A stretch of 64,000 nucleotides of DNA from an uncultured Rhizobiaceae group bacterium (GTDB lineage: Bacteria; Pseudomonadota; Alphaproteobacteria; Rhizobiales; Rhizobiaceae), in the NCBI GenBank assembly GCA_937930635.1, contig CALHCF010000009.1, forward strand, positions 68,702 through 132,701, given 5' to 3'. Shown piece after piece: positions 19,131 to 29,113 of this stretch (the stretch's first letter is position 1; each line of letters opens with the position of its first letter). The position numbers were made by a program, and so were the translations under genes. Below the pieces are notes generated by a model. The model was not told the DNA's origin, searched no databases, and saw only the letters and a list, made by a program, of their open reading frames with translations.

Positions 19131-20366
19131 TCAGCGCGCAGCAATTGCGTTCTCGTACCAGCGGACAATCAGTTTGCGTTCGGCGGCGGTAATGTTGGAC
19201 AGATTTCCAGGTGGCATGGCATGGCTTCGCCCGGCTTGCAGATAGATCTCACGGGCATGGCGGGCAATTTCCGCCTCTGTTTCCAGAGCCACGCCCTTTG
19301 GCGGTACGATCAACCCTTCCCAGACAGGCTCAGCGGCGTGGCACATGGAGCAACGCCCCCGCACCGTTGCACTCACATCATCGAAGCCGGGTGCCGTTAC
19401 AAATTGCTGCTGGCGCGCAGTGAGACCTGCGGCCTGCGCCTCCCCCGTTGGGGCTTTGGGTACAGTTGAGAGCCAGGCGGCGATGATAAACAGGATTGCC
19501 GTTGCCAGCCATGTCCATGTCGGGTTGCCCTGTCGCGCATGGATGGTGTTGAAATAGTGGCGAATGGTAACACCCATCAGGAAAACCAGTGCCGCGATAA
19601 TCCAGTTATACTCGGTGGCGAAGGCCAGCGGGTAGTGATTGGAAATCATCATGAACAGGACCGGCAGCGTCAGATAATTGTTGTGCGTTGAACGCTGCTT
19701 GGCAATCTTGCCATACTTCGCATCGGGCACACGACCGGCTTGCAGATCCGCAACAACGATACGCTGATTGGGCATGATGATGAAGAACACATTGCCGGAC
19801 ATGATGGTGGCCGTGAATGCGCCCAGATGAAGAAATGCCGCACGCCCGGTAAACACCTGCGTATATCCCCAGGCCATCAGCACGAGCAGAAAAAACAACA
19901 AGACCATCAGCCGGTTGTTGTCTTCGCCAAAGCGTGACTTGCACAAGAAGTCATAGATCACCCAGCCAAAGGCGAGCGATCCGATAGAAATGGCAATTGC
20001 CTGCCAAGTGCTCAGATCAGCAACCTGTTTGTCGATCAAAAAAAGCTCAGCCCCGGCATAATAAACAACCGCAAGCAGGGCGAACCCGGAAAGCCAGGTG
20101 ACATAGCTCTCCCATTTGAACCAGGTCAGATGATCCGGCAACTGTTGAGGTGCGACCAGGTATTTTCGGATGTGATAAAAGCCCCCTCCGTGCACCTGCC
20201 ATTCCTCGCCATGGGCACCTTCGGGCAAGTCATCGGCCTTGCGCAGGCCAAGATCGAGCGCGATAAAATAGAAAGATGATCCGATCCAGGCGATGCCTGT
20301 TATCACATGAAGCCATCGCACCGCGAAGGTCATCCAGTCCCACATCACTGCATTATCGTAATACAC
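19131..20366 (-). CDS. puuD: Membrane urate hydroxylase with C-terminal cytochrome c
   Basis: RWLHVITGIAWIGSSFYF, WQVHGGGFY, STHNNYLTLP, CSMCH heme motif, MPPGN. Confidence 0.93.
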   Translation of the reverse strand: MYYDNAVMWDWMTFAVRWLHVITGIAWIGSSFYFIALDLGLRKADDLPEGAHGEEWQVHGGGFYHIRKYLVAPQQLPDHLTWFKWESYVTWLSGFALLAVVYYAGAELFLIDKQVADLSTWQAIAISIGSLAFGWVIYDFLCKSRFGEDNNRLMVLLFFLLVLMAWGYTQVFTGRAAFLHLGAFTATIMSGNVFFIIMPNQRIVVADLQAGRVPDAKYGKIAKQRSTHNNYLTLPVLFMMISNHYPLAFATEYNWIIAALVFLMGVTIRHYFNTIHARQGNPTWTWLATAILFIIAAWLSTVPKAPTGEAQAAGLTARQQQFVTAPGFDDVSATVRGRCSMCHAAEPVWEGLIVPPKGVALETEAEIARHAREIYLQAGRSHAMPPGNLSNITAAERKLIVRWYENAIAAR

Positions 20367-20384
20367 GCCCTGCCCCCGGTTTAT

Positions 20385-20756
20385 TTAGCTGCCGCGATAT
20401 GTCGAATACCCATAAGGCGAAACAAGAAGAGGTACATGATAGTGAGCGTCGGCGTCGTCGATGCCAAAGCGTATCGGAACCTGATCCAGAAACATCGGAG
20501 CATCGGGTTCTGTCTTTACCAGTCCGGCTTTGCGCAGATAATCGCCAATGAAAAAGACCAGTTCATACTGCCCTGTCGAAAACTTGCCGACGGGTAAAAG
20601 TGGCTCGTCGGTCCGGCCATCCTGGTTGGTAACGGTCTCCGCAATCTTGCGGTGCGAGTTGCCGGAAACACGGTAGAGCCAAATCGTGACACCAGCGGCC
20701 GGACATCCCTGTGCGGTATCCAGAATATGGGTGGTTAAGAAACCCGTATCCGCCAT
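20385..20756 (-). CDS. uraH: 5-hydroxyisourate hydrolase
   Basis: LTTHILDTAQG, TNQDGR, HYHVPLL..YSTYRGS. Confidence 0.96.
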   Translation of the reverse strand: MADTGFLTTHILDTAQGCPAAGVTIWLYRVSGNSHRKIAETVTNQDGRTDEPLLPVGKFSTGQYELVFFIGDYLRKAGLVKTEPDAPMFLDQVPIRFGIDDADAHYHVPLLVSPYGYSTYRGS

Positions 20757-20895
20757 GTCACTCTCCTCAAACGGCCTGTCTCTCTACAGTTCACATTTTG
20801 TCAGGCAGGTAAAGAGACGACTCTGCCGACACACACATTGCCACATCCTATCAAGACGATGTATTGCCATACCACGTATTTTCAGAGTCAGAACA

Positions 20896-21720
20896 ATGTC
20901 CAGTTCATCCTATTATGCTCCTCCTGGCGGGTTGCCACCTCAGACGCAAATACTGACAGATCGTGCGGTGTTTACCGATGCTTATGCCGTTATTCCCAAG
21001 GGAACGCTGAGTGACATTGTAACCAGCCGGCTCCCCTTCTGGGAAAAGACACGCTGCTGGGTGCTCGCCCGTCCCTTGTCGGGGTTTGCCGAGACATTTT
21101 CGCAAACCATAGTTGAGGTTGCCCCAGGCGGTGGAAGCAAAAAGCCTGAGTTGGATGCCTCCGCGCAGGCCGTGTTATTTGTTGTAGAGGGAAATCTGGA
21201 AGTAACACTCGACGGCGAACCTCATGTCATGGCGCCAGGCGGTTATGCCTATCTGCCAGCGGGCAGCAATTGGCAGGTTGCCAATACCGGCCATGAGCCT
21301 TGCAAGTTTCACTGGATTCGCAAAGCCTATCAGGCAATTGAGGGCATCGACACGCCTAAAGCGTTCTTTACCCGTGATCAGGATGTTGCTCCCATTCCGA
21401 TGCCCGATACGCAGGGACGATGGGCCACCAGCCGGTTTGTCGAACCGGAAGACATGCGCCATGACATGCATGTCAACATCGTCACATTCGAGCCGGGTGG
21501 CCTGATCCCGTTTGCCGAAACACACGTTATGGAGCACGGGCTTTATGTGCTGGAGGGCAAGGCCGTTTATCATCTCAACCAAGACTGGGTGGAAGTGGAA
21601 GCGGGAGACTTCATGTGGTTGCGCGCATTTTGTCCGCAAGCCTGTTATGCAGGCGGTCCCGGCAGGTTCCGCTACCTGCTCTACAAGGATGTGAACCGTC
21701 CCATGAAGCTTGGTGTCTGA
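20896..21720 (+). CDS. allE: (S)-ureidoglycine aminohydrolase (bicupin, AllE/YlbA)
   Basis: YYAPPGGLPPQ, ETHVMEHGLYVLEG, AFCPQAC, YLLYKDVNR. Confidence 0.92.
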   Translation: MSSSSYYAPPGGLPPQTQILTDRAVFTDAYAVIPKGTLSDIVTSRLPFWEKTRCWVLARPLSGFAETFSQTIVEVAPGGGSKKPELDASAQAVLFVVEGNLEVTLDGEPHVMAPGGYAYLPAGSNWQVANTGHEPCKFHWIRKAYQAIEGIDTPKAFFTRDQDVAPIPMPDTQGRWATSRFVEPEDMRHDMHVNIVTFEPGGLIPFAETHVMEHGLYVLEGKAVYHLNQDWVEVEAGDFMWLRAFCPQACYAGGPGRFRYLLYKDVNRPMKLGV

Positions 21721-22956
21721 TCAATCCACCAGCGCAGCGTGAACAAGGGCCTTCAGTTCTGCCCGGTTGGGATAACTGCTGGACGGGATGAGTTGCGTGA
21801 AAAAGATGCAAGTCAGCTCTTCAACCGGGTCAATCCAGAAAAATGTGCTGGCCATGCCGCCCCAGCCAAAATCTCCCAGTGTGCCGGGAATGCGCGCCAG
21901 AGCCGGATCCATCACCACCGCCCCTCCAATACCAAACCCCATGCCATGCATCGGCATTTCAGCAAATGAATTTGGCCCCATAGACGCGATATCGCCCGGC
22001 AGGTGATTGCGGGTCATGAAATCAACGGTGCGGGGTGACAGGATGCGTTGTCCATCCAGCTTGCCACCAAGGCGCAGCATTTCGGCAAAACGGAAATAAT
22101 CATCCAGCGTGGACTGAAGACCGCCACCACCCGAAAACAGGACAACACGGTCCTGCAAAAATTCGCTGTCGGTGGCGGCATCAGATAGCAGCAAGGGGTT
22201 GTCTTCGGTCTTGACCTGACAGTCAGCAAAACGCTCCACCTTCTTGGGCGGGACACCAAAAGAGGTGTCTTTCATGCCAAGCGGCTTAAAAATTTCTTTC
22301 TGGAAAAAATTATCCAATGTCATGCCTGAAACAATTTCAACAACACGACCGATCACATCAATACCGACCGAATATTCCCACTGGCTTCCCGGCTGGAACG
22401 CCAGCGGCATTTGAACAGCTCTCTTGACCATCTCCTCAAGCGGCCCGGAACCGGGGCCGAAATCAACTCTCTGCTTGGCGTAAACACCGGCCAGAAGCCC
22501 TGGATTAAACGCGTAGGTCATGCCGCTTGTGTGGGTCAGCAACTGCTGGATCGTCGGCACAGGAGCATCAACCAACTGATCCGGGCTTTGAGCACCGTCA
22601 ACCAGCGCCATGCAATTGGAAAATTCAGGTATGAATTGCGAGGCTGGCGCATCGAGATGAAGAAGGCCCTTTTCAACCAACATCATCAACGCCACCGATG
22701 TCACCGGCTTGGTCATGGAATAAATGCGCACAATTGTATCGCGGCTATAGGGCCGGGATTGAGCAACAGTGCAGGATCCAACCGCAGACAGGTGGGCTAT
22801 CACGCCTTTCCGGCCGACAAGAACTGATGATCCGGTATAGCGGCCACGGTCGAGGTTGCGCTGCATCCAATCGTCGATACGCAACAACCTTGCTGCATCA
22901 AAACCGAGTTTTGAGGGACAGTCGACAGGTTCCGGCAAGGTCAAACCTCCAGCCAT
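21721..22956 (-). CDS. Serine hydrolase (class C beta-lactamase / EstB-like esterase family)
   Basis: YSMTK (SxxK), LLTHTSG, PGSQWEYS, WGG; no signal peptide; overlaps the ABC ATPase gene. Confidence 0.88.
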   Translation of the reverse strand: MAGGLTLPEPVDCPSKLGFDAARLLRIDDWMQRNLDRGRYTGSSVLVGRKGVIAHLSAVGSCTVAQSRPYSRDTIVRIYSMTKPVTSVALMMLVEKGLLHLDAPASQFIPEFSNCMALVDGAQSPDQLVDAPVPTIQQLLTHTSGMTYAFNPGLLAGVYAKQRVDFGPGSGPLEEMVKRAVQMPLAFQPGSQWEYSVGIDVIGRVVEIVSGMTLDNFFQKEIFKPLGMKDTSFGVPPKKVERFADCQVKTEDNPLLLSDAATDSEFLQDRVVLFSGGGGLQSTLDDYFRFAEMLRLGGKLDGQRILSPRTVDFMTRNHLPGDIASMGPNSFAEMPMHGMGFGIGGAVVMDPALARIPGTLGDFGWGGMASTFFWIDPVEELTCIFFTQLIPSSSYPNRAELKALVHAALVD

Positions 22957-23651
22957 TCTCTGCGAGTTTCCTCGTCTTTATCGAGATCAGCAGGCGTCCC
23001 CTCAAACACGATTTGTCCATGCCCCATGACATATACCCGTGCGGAGATTTTCATCGCGATGGTGAGCTTTTGTTCCACCAGCAGGATGGACACACCGCGT
23101 GCAGCGATCATTTCCAGCATCTCGCCAACCTGTTGAACAATTTTGGGGGCAAGCCCCTCGGTCGGTTCATCGATCATGATCACAGATGGATCTCCCATCA
23201 GGGTTCGGCAGATGGTGAGCATCTGCTTCTCTCCACCTGAAAGCACTGATGCTTCGACATCGGCGCGCTCGCGCAGGTTGGGAAACTGCTCAAACATGTT
23301 CTCCAAAGACCAGCGGCCCCCGCCATCTTTCTGGCCGGGTTTAAGACCCAGCATCAGGTTCTGGCGCGTCGTCAGACCAGGAAAGATATCGCGGTTTTCC
23401 GGGACATAGCCAAGACCCGCCATCGCGACCTCAAACGGTTTCTTGCCTGCCAGTTCCCGATCCTTGAACTTGATGGACCCATGCGGCTCTACCTCGCCCA
23501 TTACGGCCTTGCAGGTTGTAGAGCGGCCAACACCATTGCGGCCAAGCAAGGCGACAATTTCCCCCTCTCCCACGTCGAGATTGACGCCCTGAAGGATATG
23601 GCTTTTGCCGTAATAGGCATGAAGATCACGCACTTCCAGCATGTCAGCCAT
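22941..23651 (-). CDS. Liv-type ABC transporter ATP-binding protein (LivF-like)
   Basis: GRNGVGRST, LSGGEKQ, IDEPTEGL. Confidence 0.92.
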   Translation of the reverse strand: MADMLEVRDLHAYYGKSHILQGVNLDVGEGEIVALLGRNGVGRSTTCKAVMGEVEPHGSIKFKDRELAGKKPFEVAMAGLGYVPENRDIFPGLTTRQNLMLGLKPGQKDGGGRWSLENMFEQFPNLRERADVEASVLSGGEKQMLTICRTLMGDPSVIMIDEPTEGLAPKIVQQVGEMLEMIAARGVSILLVEQKLTIAMKISARVYVMGHGQIVFEGTPADLDKDEETRREWLEV

Positions 23652-24429
23652 CCTCTTCCAGGGAGGAGCCAAGATAGGCTTCCTGAACACTGGCGTTGGC
23701 GCGAATGTTTGGCGGCGTGTCCGTCGCGATAATCTCACCATAAACCAGCACAGAAATCCGGTCGGCCAGATTGAAGATCACACCCATATCGTGCTCGACA
23801 ATGACAAGGGTTTTGCCCTCTGTAACCTGTCGGATGAGACCGACAATATATTCGGTTTCAGATGTGCTCATCCCGGCACAGGGTTCATCCAGCATGATGA
23901 TATCGGCGCCGCCAGCAATGGTGATGCCGATTTCAAGCGCCCGCTGTTCTGCATAGGCGAGCGTTCCGGCGAGGTTGTCACGACGGGCGGAAAGATTGAT
24001 CTGCTCGAGAATTTCCTCGGTCCGCTCGGTCAGATCTCGCTGCCGGTCCACCAGATGCCAGAACGAATATCTGTAATTCATCTTCCAAAGCAGACCGCAG
24101 CGGATGTTCTCAAACACGGTCATTTTGGGAAAAATATTGGTAATCTGGAATGAGCGCGAAAGGCCCATTCGGTTGATTTCATATGGTTTCAGGCCGGAAA
24201 TATCGGTACCGTTTAAGCGAACCAGCCCCCGCGTTGCGGCATATTTTCCGGTAATCAGATTGAACAGGGTGGACTTTCCAGCCCCATTGGGGCCGATAAT
24301 GGCATGCCGCTCACCTGTTTCAATGTTCAAATTCACATTGCGGATAATTTCTGCAAGGCCGAAACTCTTGTCGAGATTTTCAAGTTCGACAGCGAGCTGC
24401 ACCGGTTGCAAGTCTTCGGCAATACTCAT
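23644..24429 (-). CDS. Liv-type ABC transporter ATP-binding protein (LivG-like)
   Basis: GPNGAGKST, LDEPCAG, VQEAYLG. Confidence 0.92.
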   Translation of the reverse strand: MSIAEDLQPVQLAVELENLDKSFGLAEIIRNVNLNIETGERHAIIGPNGAGKSTLFNLITGKYAATRGLVRLNGTDISGLKPYEINRMGLSRSFQITNIFPKMTVFENIRCGLLWKMNYRYSFWHLVDRQRDLTERTEEILEQINLSARRDNLAGTLAYAEQRALEIGITIAGGADIIMLDEPCAGMSTSETEYIVGLIRQVTEGKTLVIVEHDMGVIFNLADRISVLVYGEIIATDTPPNIRANASVQEAYLGSSLEEDG

Positions 24430-25751
24430 GGTGCGTTGCTCACAGGGCTTGCAGCATCCCAGGCTTCCTTCAAAGAAGGCATGATGCGTTTCATGATCAC
24501 GACACTGCCGGCAGCCACCACAACGGCCACAATCATCGGCAGCAGGCTGTGTGAATTGAAGGTGATGCCATAAAGCGTCATGGCTTCATCACCGACCGAT
24601 GCTTCACGGGCATGAAACAGAATTTCCAGAATAGCGGCGCCGGAAAGGACGAAAGCAAGAAGCGGGATAATCAGTTTGGCGTAAGGCACTGCAAGCAGGC
24701 CGAGCTTTCCCGCTTTCCAGGGCGCAATGTGAACAGCGATCAACCCGGTCAGCCCGCTTGGAAAGAACATTACCGTCAACACAAACAGGATGCCCAGATA
24801 AAGCTGCCAGATCTCAGTATACAGGCTGAGAACTGTTTGCAGCAGCGTGAAGACAATCGCACCGATAATCGGGCCGACAAAAAAGCCGACGCCGCCCAGG
24901 AACGTGACCAGAAGAATGATGCCCGACTGGGTCGTGTTGAGATTTTCCTCGGTCAGGATCTCCAGATTGACGGCAAACAAGGCGCCCGCCACGCCGCAGA
25001 AAAACCCGGAAGCGCAAAAGGATATCCAGCGGACATGGCGCTGCGAATATCCCAGGAACTCCGCCCGCTCTTCGTTGTCGCGCACAGCATTGGTGATGCG
25101 GCCAATGGGCGTGCGGGAAAAAAGATACATCGCAAGCGTCGAAATCAGGAGCCACGCAACAATCAGGTAATAGACCTCCCGTTGCTGTGCAAAATCGAAA
25201 CCGAAGACCTCAGGTCCCATGGACCTGTCGCCGCTGACACCTTCCTCACCACCAAAAAACACGACAATGATGATCGAACAGGCAGCAATCAGTTCGCCGA
25301 CCCCAAGAGAGATCATCGCAAAAACCGTGCCTGCGCGCCGGGTTGAAAATGAGCCGATGATGAAAGCAAAGGCCAGACCAAACAGGCCACCCAGAACGGG
25401 AAGCAAAGGCAGTGGCAGCCAAAGCCCGTCATACTCCACCCAGTTCAGGACATGCATACAGAAGAACCCGCCCAGCCCCATATAAACTGCATGGCCAAAT
25501 GAGAGCATTCCGCCCTGCCCCAGAAGCATATTGTAGGCCAGCGCAAATATGATGGTGATAGCCATCTGGTTCATGATCGTTATTGCCGAACCGGATGGAA
25601 AAACGACTGGCAGCGCCAACAGCAGAACCATGGCCGAAACCCAAGGCCATGCGCTCGACCAATTGATCAGCCTACGTGATTCCCATTTATGGGGTGCCAA
25701 ATCATCGCTACGCTTCGTGCCGGTATTCTTGTTGGCCTCGATACCGGTCAT
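24426..25751 (-). CDS. Liv-type ABC permease (LivM-like)
   Basis: GMLSFGHA, AVRDNEERAEFLGY, LGGVGFFVGP. Confidence 0.9.
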   Translation of the reverse strand: MTGIEANKNTGTKRSDDLAPHKWESRRLINWSSAWPWVSAMVLLLALPVVFPSGSAITIMNQMAITIIFALAYNMLLGQGGMLSFGHAVYMGLGGFFCMHVLNWVEYDGLWLPLPLLPVLGGLFGLAFAFIIGSFSTRRAGTVFAMISLGVGELIAACSIIIVVFFGGEEGVSGDRSMGPEVFGFDFAQQREVYYLIVAWLLISTLAMYLFSRTPIGRITNAVRDNEERAEFLGYSQRHVRWISFCASGFFCGVAGALFAVNLEILTEENLNTTQSGIILLVTFLGGVGFFVGPIIGAIVFTLLQTVLSLYTEIWQLYLGILFVLTVMFFPSGLTGLIAVHIAPWKAGKLGLLAVPYAKLIIPLLAFVLSGAAILEILFHAREASVGDEAMTLYGITFNSHSLLPMIVAVVVAAGSVVIMKRIMPSLKEAWDAASPVSNAP

Positions 25752-26704
25752 GTCTCACGCTTCCCAAGCAGGCCTTGCGGACGAACAATCAAAATGAGAA
25801 CCATCAGGAGATAGGGCAATATGGGTCCGATCTGCGGTAAGGTCAGCGTCCACAGATCTCTCAAGGCGCTTGAGGCCAGGTCCACGGGCTTTTCCATACC
25901 CAGAGCAACCAGAATATCCTCCATACGCACGTTGTAGGACGCAGCGAAGGTCTGAAGCCAACCGATCAGCAAAGAAGCGAGCAAGGCCCCCCACAAGGAT
26001 CCCAGTCCCCCGACAACGATGGTCACAAAAACAATCGATCCCAGCAAAAACGCCATACCGGGAAAGGTGCCAAGCACCGGGCCGGCGATGACACCGGCAA
26101 CACCCGCCATTGCCGTCCCCACTCCAAATACACCCATGAAGACTAAAGGCACATTGTGCCCCAGGTTCTGAACGGTATTGGGATAGGTCAAAGCAGCCTG
26201 AATAATCATGCCGACGCGGGTTTTGGTGAGAATATAAAGCAGCACCAGAAAGATACCGATCGCGACAAAAATCATGAAAACCTTGTAGGCTGGAAAGGCA
26301 TTGCCCGCGATCGAGAATGCTGTGAAATCCAGAATTGCCGGCTCTTCGTAGGCCTTTTGGCTTTTGCCCCACAGAAACTGCACCACTTCTTCAATCAGCA
26401 GCGCGAGACCGAACGTGAAAATCAGTTCCGGCACATGACCATATTGGTGCACGCGCCGCAGCCCGTATCGCTCGATCAGTGCCCCCAGCACCCCCACAAT
26501 AACCGGTGCAATAATAAGCCCGGGCCAAAACCCGACATAGGTGCTGATCTGATAAGCGAAGTAGGCTCCCAGCATGTAAAAGCTGGCATGGGCAAAATTC
26601 AAAACACCCATCATGGAAAATATCAATGTCAGCCCACTGCACAGCATGAAGAGCAACAGACCGGTGACAAGGCCGTCCAGAATATTGACGATAAACAAAG
26701 ACAC
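25748..26704 (-). CDS. Liv-type ABC permease (LivH-like)
   Basis: GLTLIFSMMGVLNFAH, VVGGLGS, RPQGLLG. Confidence 0.9.
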   Translation of the reverse strand: MSLFIVNILDGLVTGLLLFMLCSGLTLIFSMMGVLNFAHASFYMLGAYFAYQISTYVGFWPGLIIAPVIVGVLGALIERYGLRRVHQYGHVPELIFTFGLALLIEEVVQFLWGKSQKAYEEPAILDFTAFSIAGNAFPAYKVFMIFVAIGIFLVLLYILTKTRVGMIIQAALTYPNTVQNLGHNVPLVFMGVFGVGTAMAGVAGVIAGPVLGTFPGMAFLLGSIVFVTIVVGGLGSLWGALLASLLIGWLQTFAASYNVRMEDILVALGMEKPVDLASSALRDLWTLTLPQIGPILPYLLMVLILIVRPQGLLGKRET

Positions 26705-26736
26705 CGTGACGGCTCCCCGGAGATGGCGAAAATGAG

Positions 26737-26773
26737 GATTGCGGGACTGACGAAATCCGTCAGCCCCGCAGTC
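26737..26773 (-). terminator. Intercistronic stem-loop after the substrate-binding protein gene
   Basis: GATTGCGGGACTGACG-aaatc-CGTCAGCCCCGCAGTC. Confidence 0.65.
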
Positions 26774-26778
26774 TTTTC

Positions 26779-28026
26779 TTATTCAGGGCGCTTCATCTTG
26801 CAAGTGGTTGGTGACTCTGCCGAAGCCATATCCACCGTGCTTTCAACCTTCAGACCGAAGCCGGAATTGTCGAAGTCATGCGCGATATCGTTCTTCGTGT
26901 GCGCCAGGATATGAACATTCTGGATCGCCTGATGATCCGATTCACGGATTTTTACTTTGGTCCCCCAAATCGAGTCGTGCTCCATGCCTTCAAGCGCTGT
27001 TGCAACTTTTACCATGTCGTCGGCAGTACCAGCATCTTCGATCGCTCTGGCGAGCATCTCGATCACGTTGGCAATGCGAGGCTGGCCAATATCGGTATCA
27101 GGGTTTTTGGCCTTGAACGCTTTTACATAGGCGTCCGCCCGATCATTTGGCGGCGGGTTCAACTGACCTTCGCCAACCAGCTTCAGCACACCTTCACCGT
27201 CAGATCCAAAAGTCTTGGTGATGCCGTCGGATGCCGCATAATAGGTGTAGATCGGTTTCTTGAAACCGGCCGATATGACCGACTTGCCAAGACCCACCAT
27301 ATCGGCACCCCAGTTACCGGTAATCATCGCATCAGCACCAGAGGCGATAATCTTGCGCGCATAGGGTGTGAAGTCCTTGACCTTACCGATGGGGTGCAGT
27401 TCGTTTCCAACGATTTCAATGTCGGGTCGTTTTGCACCCAGCATCTTCACCGCAGCCGCTGCAACAGCCTTACCGAACGAATAGTCCTGGCCGATCAGGT
27501 AAACCTTCTTGATGCCCTCGTTCTTTTTGATGATGTCGGTCAGGGCGTCCATCTTGATATCGGCATTTGCGTCAAAACGGAAATGCCAGAAATTGCACTT
27601 GTCGTTGGTCAGCGCTGGATCAACGGCCGAATAATTCAGAAAAATTACCCGTTTGTCCGGGTTACGGCGATTGTGCTTCTTGATGGCATCAGTCAGCGCA
27701 TTGGCGACACCCGAAGAATTGCCCTGAGCGATGAAGCGAATTCCCTGGTCGATGGCTACCTGAAGTTGAATCAGTGATTCCTTGGGACTGATCTTGTTAT
27801 CGAATGCCACGATTTCGAAGTTTGCCCCCCCAAGCACACCGCCTTTCTTGTTGACCAGTTCATTGGCCGCAAACTCATATTGTGCGAGTCCCTGTTTTCC
27901 TGTTGCCGCAAACGGGCCGGACAGCGGGTCAATAAATGCAATCTTGATGTTATCGGCAGCGAAACTCGCCGTGGCGCTCAGGCCCGCGATTGCCGCTCCC
28001 ATCAGTAGTTTGGCAAACTTATTCAT
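26779..28026 (-). CDS. Liv-type ABC substrate-binding protein (possibly aromatic or organic acids)
   Basis: Signal peptide, IKIAFIDPLSGPFA, KCNFWHFRFD, ITGNWG. Confidence 0.88.
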   Translation of the reverse strand: MNKFAKLLMGAAIAGLSATASFAADNIKIAFIDPLSGPFAATGKQGLAQYEFAANELVNKKGGVLGGANFEIVAFDNKISPKESLIQLQVAIDQGIRFIAQGNSSGVANALTDAIKKHNRRNPDKRVIFLNYSAVDPALTNDKCNFWHFRFDANADIKMDALTDIIKKNEGIKKVYLIGQDYSFGKAVAAAAVKMLGAKRPDIEIVGNELHPIGKVKDFTPYARKIIASGADAMITGNWGADMVGLGKSVISAGFKKPIYTYYAASDGITKTFGSDGEGVLKLVGEGQLNPPPNDRADAYVKAFKAKNPDTDIGQPRIANVIEMLARAIEDAGTADDMVKVATALEGMEHDSIWGTKVKIRESDHQAIQNVHILAHTKNDIAHDFDNSGFGLKVESTVDMASAESPTTCKMKRPE

Positions 28027-28322
28027 TGATTTTCCTCCCAATTTATCGATCAAATAATCATGGATCGTGACGCATGATCGCCTCGCAAAGGCAATTTGAG
28101 CCTTCTGCGGATCACAAGCCTAGCCGTAATTTGTTCGTCGCCACAAGGGAGAGCGTGCGAAAGGTTTGACAACCGGCCAAATTCTGCGCCCCGTCAACAG
28201 AGACAAAACTGCGCTCCACAGCACGCCAGCGTTAGGGATGACAGCCGGTTGGACTGTCTTTTTTTATACAGGTGTTTATGACTATCCAGGTTGCAGAAAA
28301 ACCGTCTTGAAGGGGTGCATCG

Positions 28323-29111
28323 ATGAAACGTTTCTGGCGTGACATGCCAACCATCGCCTTCGAGGAAGACACATCGCAATGGATTGCGGTGCTGCCGCTT
28401 GCGGCCATAGAACAGCATGGCCCGCATCTGCCTTTGGGTGTCGACGCGATGATCGCCGAGGGTCTTGTCCAGCGTTGCGCAGATTGTTTGCCGCAATCCA
28501 GCAAGGCCGTTTTCCTACCGTTGCAGCAGGTCGGCAAATCCAACGAGCACATAAATTTTCCCGGCACATTATCGCTGGACTGGGCCACCGCCATTCAAAG
28601 CCTGATTGAGATCGGCGAGGGTGTTGCGCAAGCCGGCATCCAAAAACTGGTGCTGATCACCAGTCATGGTGGTAATGTTTCTACGATGGACATTGCCGCA
28701 CGAGAGCTGCGCGAAAAACACACCATGATGGTGATCTCGACAAGTTGGGCAAAGCTTGGAAAATGGCAGCAATTCTACGATCTTGCCGACACTTATGTCG
28801 ATATTCATGGCGGGCAGATCGAAACATCGATCATGCTGGCTCTTCGTCCCGACCTTGTGGATATGGACAAAGCGCGGGATTTTGAAAGCAATCAGGCTTC
28901 ATTGAAAACAACCAATACGCATCTTGGCTACCATTCCAGCGATGCAACCATATCGTGGCTGGCCGAAGACCTGAACCGCAACGGTGTGGTTGGCAATGCT
29001 GCGGCAGCAAGCGCAGCTGATGGGGAACGTGATATTGCCTCAATGGCGGAAGGGTTTTGCAAGCTCATCAGCGAAATCGAAGCGACGGCACCGCCCGACA
29101 ACACCAACTGA
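28323..29111 (+). CDS. Creatininase / creatinine amidohydrolase family protein
   Basis: EQHGPHLPLGVD, SNEH..FPGT, SHGGN, HGGQIETS. Confidence 0.9.
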   Translation: MKRFWRDMPTIAFEEDTSQWIAVLPLAAIEQHGPHLPLGVDAMIAEGLVQRCADCLPQSSKAVFLPLQQVGKSNEHINFPGTLSLDWATAIQSLIEIGEGVAQAGIQKLVLITSHGGNVSTMDIAARELREKHTMMVISTSWAKLGKWQQFYDLADTYVDIHGGQIETSIMLALRPDLVDMDKARDFESNQASLKTTNTHLGYHSSDATISWLAEDLNRNGVVGNAAAASAADGERDIASMAEGFCKLISEIEATAPPDNTN

Positions 29112-29113
29112 TA

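Noticed and set aside
8016-21720. tRNA-anchored genomic island or prophage
   Set aside because: No integrase or transposase, and I saw no duplicated tRNA 3' end (att site) in the window
21721-22956. True beta-lactamase resistance gene
   Set aside because: No signal peptide, YSV in place of YxN, and WGG motif fit the esterase subgroup
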